A stretch of 64,000 bases of DNA from a virus. Shown piece after piece: positions 46,403 to 54,163 of the stretch; position 1 is the first letter of the stretch, and each line of letters starts with the position of its first letter. The notes beneath the pieces were generated by a model. That model was not told the DNA's origin and searched no databases. It saw nothing but the letters and a program-made list of their open reading frames with translations. Location of the stretch: IMG/VR virus record IMGVR_UViG_3300010885_026736, positions 5,087 to 69,086 of that record; one strand, 5' to 3'. The position numbers and the translations under genes are program-made.

Positions 46403-46740
46403 TGTTTGAAGAATTTGATAATTCTAATAAAGCTTCCTGGGGTCCTCTTGCAGGTATGCCAAAAGAAGAATTGCAAGCTTTGATTAAGCAAGGTAAGACT
46501 AAGGATCGTCTTAAGTCCTATTCTAAGCAAAAATATTATAAAGTCACTCCTGTGCGAGTGTTCACCTTTGAGCAAGTTGGCGAGACTTTTACCGTTCCAG
46601 CCTCCAGCCAAAGCTTGCTAGAATATAATATTGGCTGGGACATCCGATATCAAAATGTCCGAGATGCAATTATTGAGGATCCTGACTTTTCTACTCTGGA
46701 GCCAAAAATTTCTAAGCGATATAAAATCGTACCAGCTTAA
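46402..46740 (+). CDS. hypothetical protein
   Basis: TAATG coupling; GGAG SD. Confidence 0.55.
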   Translation: MFEEFDNSNKASWGPLAGMPKEELQALIKQGKTKDRLKSYSKQKYYKVTPVRVFTFEQVGETFTVPASSQSLLEYNIGWDIRYQNVRDAIIEDPDFSTLEPKISKRYKIVPA

Positions 46741-46745
46741 AAAAA

Positions 46746-46808
46746 TGGTTGCGTTTAATTCCATATATGCTATTATTAATTATGGAAATGAAACAGGAAA
46801 CACAAATG
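46746..46808 (+). promoter_or_regulatory. early promoter/RBS cassette copy
   Basis: TTGCGT-TTAATTCCATATA-TGCTATTAT-TAATT-ATGGAAATGAAACAGGAAACACAAATG. Confidence 0.8.
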
Positions 46809-46964
46809 ACTCCGTTCACTTACACCTTCCAAACTTCTCAACCGCTCACTGATGAACAACTTGAATTTTTGAACTCCCATCTGTGTAATCTCCCCTTCCA
46901 GGATTATGACAATATGTCTGACGTTCCTGAATTTACGACTGATATTGAACTTGTGACGAATTAA
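46806..46964 (+). CDS. small acidic early protein
   Basis: Follows a cassette. Confidence 0.55.
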   Translation: MTPFTYTFQTSQPLTDEQLEFLNSHLCNLPFQDYDNMSDVPEFTTDIELVTN

Positions 46965-46965
46965 T

Positions 46966-47024
46966 GCTTGCATTTAATTCCACATGTGCTATTATGAATT
47001 ATGGAAATGAAAGGGAAACAAATG
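46966..47024 (+). promoter_or_regulatory. early promoter/RBS cassette copy
   Basis: TTGCAT-TTAATTCCACATG-TGCTATTAT-GAATT-ATGGAAATGAAAGGGAAACAAATG. Confidence 0.8.
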
Positions 47025-47252
47025 TTTGACGTTCGGCTTGGTGATCGGGTTCGTTGGGAATCTGCTGCTGGTACTATTCGCGGCACTCTTGTTGGTGCTA
47101 ATCTCGGTCCTAACGCTAAGAATGAGATGATCGTTTGGTACACCATTGAAATGCTCAATGGCCATAAGCATCGTCTCTGTGGTAATGACGATTACCTCAA
47201 GATGATGAAGTTCACGGTTATATTCCGTGATGGTGGTCTTGAAGCTGCCTAA
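47022..47252 (+). CDS. early SH3-like hypothetical protein
   Basis: GDRVRWESAAG.IRG; follows a cassette. Confidence 0.6.
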   Translation: MFDVRLGDRVRWESAAGTIRGTLVGANLGPNAKNEMIVWYTIEMLNGHKHRLCGNDDYLKMMKFTVIFRDGGLEAA

Positions 47253-47272
47253 ATATCTTTTTGGAGGTGAAT

Positions 47273-47455
47273 ATGCTACAAGTTAGACAATACACATTTC
47301 CAACATACAAGCAAGGATTTTCTGCAGTTGAAAAATACAGAAATGAATTGCTGCAGAGATACCGATCAGGTCAGAGGCTCGACTGGGAAGAGCTTGATTG
47401 GCTAGACTGGGCTGAATTGACACTTCTAAAGAGGTCACATAGCTCAGCTGGATAG
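47273..47455 (+). CDS. hypothetical protein
   Basis: GGAGG SD; stop codon lies within the tRNA remnant. Confidence 0.5.
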   Translation: MLQVRQYTFPTYKQGFSAVEKYRNELLQRYRSGQRLDWEELDWLDWAELTLLKRSHSSAG

Positions 47456-47468
47456 AGCACCTGCCTTC
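47433..47468 (+). pseudogene. 5' half of a tRNA-Arg truncated in the anticodon
   Basis: GGTCACA-TA-GCTC-AGCTGGATA-GAGC-A-CCTGC-CT-TC, then non-tRNA sequence; the GGATA D-loop (A20) is an Arg identity element. Confidence 0.75.
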
Positions 47469-47469
47469 G

Positions 47470-47477
47470 TATAAATA
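47470..47477 (+). promoter_or_regulatory. late promoter TATAAATA inside an SD-sequestering hairpin
   Basis: TTCGTAT-AAATA-ATACGAA inverted repeat, extended by GCACCT/AGGTGT. Confidence 0.75.
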
Positions 47478-47496
47478 ATACGAATGGAGGTGTCAA

Positions 47497-48024
47497 ATGG
47501 CTTGGACAAAAGAATCAAGAGAAAAGGCTTTAGAAGCCAAAAGAAAAACTGGTATAAAGAATCAGTATTCTAAGGGCGCTGTAATATCTGATGATACTAA
47601 AAATAAACTTAGAGTTTCAGGCTTAGGAAGAAAGCATACACAAGAAACAAAAGACAAATTGAGTGAAAAGGGATTAGCATCCGATCATAGACGCCTATGC
47701 AGATCTATTCGACCATACACAAAAAAAGATGGTAGTATAGTTAATCTAGATTCTTCTTGGGAAGAAGCCTTAGCTATAAGATTGGATATGTTAAACATTG
47801 AATGGATTAGACCTACTCCTATTAAATGGATAGATAGTAAAGGTAAATCAAGAAATTATTTTCCTGATTTCTATCTACCTAAATTTGAATTATTCTTAGA
47901 TCCTAAAAATCCAATAGCAATGAAACAACAACATGAAAAAGTATCTTGGCTAAAATCTAATGTAAAAAATCTTATTTTTTTAGAATCTTTGGAAGAAATA
48001 GAACAATATATCCCGATAGTTTAA
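47497..48024 (+). CDS. putative homing endonuclease (NUMOD3 + PD-(D/E)XK/TnsA-N-like)
   Basis: GRKHTQETKDKLS; DSSWE; YFPDFYL....FLDPK; AT-rich. Confidence 0.75.
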   Translation: MAWTKESREKALEAKRKTGIKNQYSKGAVISDDTKNKLRVSGLGRKHTQETKDKLSEKGLASDHRRLCRSIRPYTKKDGSIVNLDSSWEEALAIRLDMLNIEWIRPTPIKWIDSKGKSRNYFPDFYLPKFELFLDPKNPIAMKQQHEKVSWLKSNVKNLIFLESLEEIEQYIPIV

Positions 48025-48084
48025 TGGATAAAACCGAAGTTTTCTAAACTTCTAATGAAAGTTCGATTCTTTCTCGGGATGCCA
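48010..48084 (+). tRNA. tRNA-Arg(UCU)
   Basis: ATCCCGA/TCGGGAT, GAAGT-TTTCTAA-ACTTC, GAAAG-TTCGATT-CTTTC, G73, CCA. Confidence 0.88.
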
Positions 48085-48090
48085 AAATAT

Positions 48091-48166
48091 GGCCACTTAG
48101 CCCAGCGGCAGAGGCAAAGGTCTTAAAAACCTTCAAGGGTGAGTTCGAATCTCACAGTGGCTACCA
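48091..48166 (+). tRNA. tRNA-Leu(UAA) with a short variable loop
   Basis: GGCCACT/AGTGGCT, AAGGT-CTTAAAA-ACCTT, 5-nt variable loop, A73, CCA. Confidence 0.85.
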
Positions 48167-48186
48167 ACATACTTAAAGGATACAAC

Positions 48187-48372
48187 ATGATTTGGCTTTT
48201 GATTTACTACGTTTATAGTGCTGGTGCACAAATTCCTACTCAGCTTCCACATGAATATGGTTCTAAGGTTGAGTGTGAGAATGCCGCAAAAATTCTAGAT
48301 AAAAACAATCCTTACGTACATGTGGATGGTCCTCAACCACATATTTGCTTAGGTGTTTCTAAAACCCATTAA
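48187..48372 (+). CDS. small secreted/membrane hypothetical protein
   Basis: AAAGGA SD; hydrophobic N-terminus; ECE.AA...C. Confidence 0.5.
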   Translation: MIWLLIYYVYSAGAQIPTQLPHEYGSKVECENAAKILDKNNPYVHVDGPQPHICLGVSKTH

Positions 48373-48451
48373 CTTCATTAATATTTCATAAAAAATTAAC
48401 CCTTCTAAATCATTAATGAACTAAATAATGTCATCTGCCTAGGAGGCCACG

Positions 48452-49552
48452 ATGACAAAAATTTTGTTTATTCTAAAGTATAGAGAAAGTGACTATGGTG
48501 ACAATAGTTACTCAGATGAAAAGCAAACGTGGGCTTTCAAGAAAGGCCTTAGTAGCGGTCTACTAAACTCAGCAAAATTTGTAAATGATATGCTGAATAC
48601 TGTTGAGGGCTTTGAAAGCAAGCTAATACAGGTTGTAGATAACAACTGTATTGATAGAGAAGTTACTCAGTATAAGCCTGATATTGTTATTATTGAAGCC
48701 TACTGGGTTGTTCCAGAAAAGTTTGACATTCTAACTAAGCTTCATCCAAAGGTGAAGTGGATTATTCGTAACCATAGTAATACACCTTTCCTAGCCAATG
48801 AAGGTATTGCATTTGGTTGGAGTGTTGACTATCTTAATAATCATAATGTCTTTTTAAGCTGCAATCATATTAAAGCTCTAAAGGATATGCGTAAGCTTAT
48901 CAAAAAGGTTTATCCTAAAGCATCAGAAGATACTATTGATAGACGTATTCCTTATCTTCCAAATTATTATCCTCTAAAGCATGAGTATGATATTAAAAAA
49001 GAAACAAAGCACCCTGGCGTACTAAACGTTGGGTGTTTTGGTGCAATTCGTCCACTAAAGAATCAAATGATCCAAGCTCTAGCAGCTATTGAATACGCAC
49101 ACCTTACCAAGAAGCATTTGAAGTTTCATATCAATGGGAACAGAATCGAAGGTAATGGCGGACCTATTCTAAAGAACCTTCGTGACTTGTTTGCAAGAAC
49201 ACCAAATGCTGAACTAGTAGAACACACTTGGTTGCCACATGATCAATTTCATCAGCTAATATCTAAAATGGATATTGGTCTTCAGGTAAGTTTCTCTGAA
49301 ACATTTAATATTGTAGCTGCTGACTTTGCAGTGAATGATGTACCTGTAGTGACATGCAAGGAAATTGATTGGTCTAATAAGTACCTACATGCTGATCCTA
49401 CTGACTGTGATAGTATTGTACAAGCCATGTTCAGAGCGCAATACTTACAGAAGTTCACACAATGCTATAAGCCACATATTTGGGGCTTATCAAATTATAA
49501 TAAGAAAAGTAAGAAGCAGTGGATTAGAGTGATACGTTCACTTCATAGATAA
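48452..49552 (+). CDS. GT-B glycosyltransferase-like protein
   Basis: VGCFGAIRPLKNQ and MDIGLQVSFSETFNIV.AD (E-x7-D); GGAGG SD. Confidence 0.75.
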   Translation: MTKILFILKYRESDYGDNSYSDEKQTWAFKKGLSSGLLNSAKFVNDMLNTVEGFESKLIQVVDNNCIDREVTQYKPDIVIIEAYWVVPEKFDILTKLHPKVKWIIRNHSNTPFLANEGIAFGWSVDYLNNHNVFLSCNHIKALKDMRKLIKKVYPKASEDTIDRRIPYLPNYYPLKHEYDIKKETKHPGVLNVGCFGAIRPLKNQMIQALAAIEYAHLTKKHLKFHINGNRIEGNGGPILKNLRDLFARTPNAELVEHTWLPHDQFHQLISKMDIGLQVSFSETFNIVAADFAVNDVPVVTCKEIDWSNKYLHADPTDCDSIVQAMFRAQYLQKFTQCYKPHIWGLSNYNKKSKKQWIRVIRSLHR

Positions 49553-49554
49553 TG

Positions 49555-49580
49555 AAAAGGGGGCTTTCGCCCCCTTTTTT
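49555..49580. terminator. bidirectional intrinsic terminator
   Basis: AAAAGGGGGC-TTTC-GCCCCCTTTTTT between convergent genes. Confidence 0.85.
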
Positions 49581-50343
49581 ATTTCCTTACTGTCCAAGCA
49601 TCTGATCCAAATGCAGGATTTTCTATATACTCTGCTGGGATCCAGAAGTGTCCATGATCTCCCCAAGAGGTCCCCCATGAATTGCGAACTTCATAGTAGC
49701 ACTGTCCTGGGCAAAACATGTTTGTTTTATATTTTTCATCATAGCCAATAACAGTTACAGCATGACCACCTAAGCATCTTTCTGATGACCCAGGCATAGG
49801 TACTACACCTGAGTTTGACACTTCTTGAGACTCAAAGCTATCATAGATTTGAATACCAATGATGAATGGGAATCCATCAGCAAGACACTGCTTGTATTCT
49901 TGACCATTGCTTAGACGAGAATATTCTACAATCTTGTTTTGTGCAGCTTCGTCAATTTCTATTTGAGGAGGTGCTTCTTTAAACTTTGAAATATCATATG
50001 GCCAATCTTTTTCAAGTCCAACACCTTGCTTGTTTAGGACTTGAATAGCATCACGTAAGTAAGCACCGCTGTCTTGATCAACAGTGCCTTCCATAAGCCT
50101 TTCCCAGTAGTAAAGAGCAAGACGAGAATATGGACCACCACCATGTTCATAAGTGAATACGGCAGTAGCAGCTTGAGCTGAACAACTACCTAGTTCACCT
50201 TGATCATATGGAGGTTCTTTAAACTTATCACGAAGGCTTACCTTTTCAGGCAATTCAATAGCGCCAGGAGCATGTACTGCATTGAATTTCCAATCTCTTG
50301 GATCTTCACGATCTCTTAAATATCCATATACTCGTCTTGTCAT
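49579..50343 (-). CDS. papain-like (C1A) cysteine peptidase
   Basis: DQGELGSC, GGHAV..IGY, VRNSWG..WG..G.F. Confidence 0.92.
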   Translation of the reverse strand: MTRRVYGYLRDREDPRDWKFNAVHAPGAIELPEKVSLRDKFKEPPYDQGELGSCSAQAATAVFTYEHGGGPYSRLALYYWERLMEGTVDQDSGAYLRDAIQVLNKQGVGLEKDWPYDISKFKEAPPQIEIDEAAQNKIVEYSRLSNGQEYKQCLADGFPFIIGIQIYDSFESQEVSNSGVVPMPGSSERCLGGHAVTVIGYDEKYKTNMFCPGQCYYEVRNSWGTSWGDHGHFWIPAEYIENPAFGSDAWTVRK

Positions 50344-50355
50344 AGTTACTCCTTA

Positions 50356-52608
50356 TTAGGACATTGCTTCCTGAGCGATGATATGCACACCGACGTTAGA
50401 ACCTGCTGTACTTGTTGTTGTTACAGCAACTGTTAATACGTCAGGTAAGTTTCCTGCTACTGTATTGTATAGCGGGAAGAAGTATGATAAGTCAATTTCC
50501 TGTAGACCAGACCCACCTGCAGGTGCTGTGAAAGCAAACACAACTTCACCACCTGACATGGATTGAGATGTTACATCACGCATAGCAAACGAATAGTCAG
50601 AACCTAATCCTGCGTAACTTATAGGATTAGTATTTGTAGTTGTTAATCCTGTTGCTTGTTGTAAAAGCCCTGCAGTTGTTTGAGTATATGTAAGGTTTGC
50701 TAAAGTATTCCATGAGGTACTAGTAGTTAAAAGAATGGGTTTTTGTGTTGTGCTTGTGATTAATTCAACAATACAAGTAGCATCAGCAGAAATATACATT
50801 TTCTTGGGTAGTAGCTGTCCACGATTAATCAATCCAATTTGGAACATAGTTCCATTCATTGGTTGTGTATTTGCAATAGGTAAACCTGTTACAATATCAC
50901 CAAATGTAATTACTGTTGAATTACTTGCAGTAACACGAGCTGTAATACCTGTATTTGATGTAGTAGCTGCTTGGCCATAATTATTACCTTGACCTGGGAA
51001 ATAAATATGACGGCCAACAAGTGTATTTTGTGTATATGTGTTTACAGTAGCACCTGTTGCAGTACCTGAAGGTGTTGCATTGATAATATATGCAGATGAA
51101 TTTACATAAGTTACTACAGGGTTTCCTGAAGGGAATCCTGCTGCAGAAGAATTGACATATTGACCCACAAATACGTTAGCAGTTGATCCTGAAGTTACTG
51201 TAATAACATTGCTAGTAGTTGAAAAGTTTGCAGTTAATGAAGATGCTAATACTCCATCAAATTTAGTATTAGCAGCTACTAAAGTAATTTGAGAATTTGT
51301 ACTAGCTGCTGAAGTATTATTCCAAGTGGAATTACCGCTCATTTCAATAACACCCATTTCACGAGATGAAATTGAAAGAACAGGGTATCTTGTACTACTT
51401 TGAGGCACAGTTCTTCTTTGAGTTGCTGCAGTTGATGGGTTCATTCCATAGGAATATGTGAATCCACGCTGCTCATCCTGACCACCTTCGACAACCACAG
51501 ATACACCCCAGTGATACATATCGTTTTGTGAAGAAGTTGCCGCTAAGTTTCTTTGTTCATAACGAACAGGAAGATTACCTGTTCTAGCCCAGGGTGATAC
51601 TTGGGTAGGATATGCAATTACACCAGTAGCAGGATTACTAGAATTTACAGGTCCTTTGTTTCCAAAGCCTACATAGTTTAGAACGATTAATTCTCCATTT
51701 ATAACAACCCCCCAACGGCACATACCTGCACCATACCAAGTATATTCTTGCCATATCATTTGAATACGAGTCCAATCAATAGCAGCAATTGTTGCTTGAT
51801 CACCATTCCAAGCAGGAAGCGGAATACGATAATCTGTAGGAATTCCGTTATTTGTTCCGTGATTTTGAACACCTGTAGCATTAACATCAGAACGAATGAC
51901 AGTATACATTCCAAAAGGATTTGCTTGTGTAGTAAATGTATAGGTAGTTCCTACAGAAGTTGTTGTAGCAGGAGAGCTAATTCCAATTGCTGTACTGTTG
52001 ATAATATTTTGAACAACAGTAGTATTAGGAATAGCAATAGGATAGTTAGGATCTTTTCCTGAAATACTTGGAGCAATATTTGGGCCTGTAATAGGCATAC
52101 CGACATACATTGAAGATGTACTAGAAAGATTTGTAATAATATTTAAGCCAGCAGTTGAACTACCTGTAAAATTAGCTGTTGTTGTATTAAAAACAGGATC
52201 ACCTTGTTCAATGAACATACCGTTACCATCATCAAAGAATCCTACACGTTGACGCTGATTATTTTGAGCAGTACCAAAGTTTAATGCGGTAGACATGAAC
52301 ATTGTCTTACCAGGCTGATAACGATGATATGGACGTGTTTGGCGAATTGTTGCATCACCAGATGCGGTGCCTAGACGCATACGAACACCACCAGAACCTG
52401 GTAGCTGGTCAACTCGAGAAGCTCCTGATGGGCTGACAATGAAGTTCTCCCAGCGCATAGGCTGTGTACCATATTCAAAGTCAGCTTCATAAATGTTTTG
52501 ATGCCTAGAAGTTCTGATACGACCTAGGTTATCAGTCGATCCAAACATTGCACCACCTGCATATGCAACTGGAGTAATCACGGTATTATTTGCTGGCTTC
52601 TTAAACAT
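50356..52608 (-). CDS. late Thr/Ser/Asn-rich virion structural protein (fibre/decoration)
   Basis: Late promoter at 52649-52656; RQT..Y.RYQPGK and WYGAG motifs; beta-rich composition. Confidence 0.65.
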   Translation of the reverse strand: MFKKPANNTVITPVAYAGGAMFGSTDNLGRIRTSRHQNIYEADFEYGTQPMRWENFIVSPSGASRVDQLPGSGGVRMRLGTASGDATIRQTRPYHRYQPGKTMFMSTALNFGTAQNNQRQRVGFFDDGNGMFIEQGDPVFNTTTANFTGSSTAGLNIITNLSSTSSMYVGMPITGPNIAPSISGKDPNYPIAIPNTTVVQNIINSTAIGISSPATTTSVGTTYTFTTQANPFGMYTVIRSDVNATGVQNHGTNNGIPTDYRIPLPAWNGDQATIAAIDWTRIQMIWQEYTWYGAGMCRWGVVINGELIVLNYVGFGNKGPVNSSNPATGVIAYPTQVSPWARTGNLPVRYEQRNLAATSSQNDMYHWGVSVVVEGGQDEQRGFTYSYGMNPSTAATQRRTVPQSSTRYPVLSISSREMGVIEMSGNSTWNNTSAASTNSQITLVAANTKFDGVLASSLTANFSTTSNVITVTSGSTANVFVGQYVNSSAAGFPSGNPVVTYVNSSAYIINATPSGTATGATVNTYTQNTLVGRHIYFPGQGNNYGQAATTSNTGITARVTASNSTVITFGDIVTGLPIANTQPMNGTMFQIGLINRGQLLPKKMYISADATCIVELITSTTQKPILLTTSTSWNTLANLTYTQTTAGLLQQATGLTTTNTNPISYAGLGSDYSFAMRDVTSQSMSGGEVVFAFTAPAGGSGLQEIDLSYFFPLYNTVAGNLPDVLTVAVTTTSTAGSNVGVHIIAQEAMS

Positions 52609-52663
52609 AAATTGTTCTCCTGAATATCATAGCGATATGATTATACTGTATTTATAATTCTAC

Positions 52664-52696
52664 AAAAAAGGGGGAGACCTTTTCAGATCCCCCCCA
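52664..52696 (-). terminator. intrinsic terminator after g23
   Basis: G-run/C-run stem around GATCT-GAAA-AGGTC followed by a T-run. Confidence 0.8.
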
Positions 52697-52727
52697 AGTT
52701 TGTCAGTTAACCTGATCTTCTAATTAA

Positions 52728-54119
52728 TTAGATGATGTTGGCAACTAGGAAACGACGATAGAATAGGTTGGCATTAGCAGTAAGTGCACCTGATGTTGTA
52801 TTAGCAGCACCGTTGATAGCACCTAGTGAGAATGGATTTGCAACCATACCATAACGTGTCTTGAACCCGATCTTGGGCTGGAAGGTATCCTGACCGACTG
52901 CACGAACCATTTGTAGTGGAACGTATGGGCAGTAGAATAGACCAGCATCAAAAGCGGATGAACCCTTATAACCAACAACGCAATAGTTACCACCAGCGTA
53001 TGGATCAATATACACACGGAAGCGGCCGTTTAGAACACCAGCGAATGTATTGCCAGTGTCATCAACTTGTAGGTTGTTGCTGTTAAGAGCAGGAGCGTAG
53101 TCAAGAACTCCAGCCATTTGAAGAGCAGAGGCAACGTCTGAAGAGCAGACGATGACATTACCCTTACCACGGCGTGTATTCTTGGCAATTGCGTTAGCTT
53201 CACGCTCGATCTGGAACATTAGACCCTTGAACTTTTCAACTGACCAACGACCGTTTGAGTCGACGTCTAGATCGAAAACACCTGGGTTTGTTGTATCAGT
53301 TGCACCAGCCTGAGCAGTTAGAACGATTGTACGAACAACTTCACGATTGATTTCAGCAAGAATTTCAGCTGAAAGAATTGTGGAGAGCTCGGTCTCAGCG
53401 TCTAGACCATGAATTGCCTTTAGGTCTTGAGCTAGTTCGATTGAATACTCAGCCTTTAGAGCACGTGACTTAGCTGTTACTGTAACCTTATCAATTGAGA
53501 AGGCCATCTGAGCAAAGTCAACGTTTGGAGCAGCTACGATTGAACCATTGATGTTTAGGTTACCTGTAGCAGCACCTAGACCTTCTGCATACCCGGTATT
53601 CATACCACCAGAGAAGTTGTATGTTGAACCAGAACCAGAAGCAACAGTTGTGTTTGACCCACCGAGCCACATACCACCAACGTTATTTGAACCGTCACCA
53701 ACAGCAGATGTACCACCAGTGTTACCTGAGGCGAAAGCTGTGTTAGGCTCATAGAAGAATGCATCAGTACCAGACTGGTTAGCATACTGAGGACGTAGAG
53801 CAAAGATAAGTCCTGTTGGACCTGTCATTGGCTGAACACCGCAGATGTCATAAGCAATTAGGTTAGGCATTGCACGACGAACTAGTGAGATAAGCACTGG
53901 ATCGTAGTTTAGTGAACCACCTGAAACGTTTGTAGGTGATTGGTCGGAAGTTTCTAGTAGTGACTGGGGTGAATATGAACCAGCTTCACGTAGAGCAGAT
54001 TCGGTATTCTCTAGCATTTGTGCAACCACAGAACGCTTATGAGCATCTTGGATCCTGGGAAGATCAGGATGCTCTAGTACTGGGCCCCACTTGCGGGTAA
54101 TTTCTTCGTTGAGTAACAT
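52728..54119 (-). CDS. 23: major capsid protein gp23
   Basis: DPVLISLVRR, GVQPMTGPTGLIFA, KSRALKAEY, QPKIGFKTRYG; late promoter at 54153-54160. Confidence 0.98.
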   Translation of the reverse strand: MLLNEEITRKWGPVLEHPDLPRIQDAHKRSVVAQMLENTESALREAGSYSPQSLLETSDQSPTNVSGGSLNYDPVLISLVRRAMPNLIAYDICGVQPMTGPTGLIFALRPQYANQSGTDAFFYEPNTAFASGNTGGTSAVGDGSNNVGGMWLGGSNTTVASGSGSTYNFSGGMNTGYAEGLGAATGNLNINGSIVAAPNVDFAQMAFSIDKVTVTAKSRALKAEYSIELAQDLKAIHGLDAETELSTILSAEILAEINREVVRTIVLTAQAGATDTTNPGVFDLDVDSNGRWSVEKFKGLMFQIEREANAIAKNTRRGKGNVIVCSSDVASALQMAGVLDYAPALNSNNLQVDDTGNTFAGVLNGRFRVYIDPYAGGNYCVVGYKGSSAFDAGLFYCPYVPLQMVRAVGQDTFQPKIGFKTRYGMVANPFSLGAINGAANTTSGALTANANLFYRRFLVANII

Positions 54120-54163
54120 TTCTATTTCTCCCTTTCCTTTGGGTTCGTTATTTATTTATAAAA

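Noticed and set aside
47433-48084. Group I intron interrupting the tRNA-Arg
   Set aside because: No room or recognisable P/Q/R/S core, and the downstream tRNA has its own 5' half and cannot pair with the GGTCACA acceptor strand
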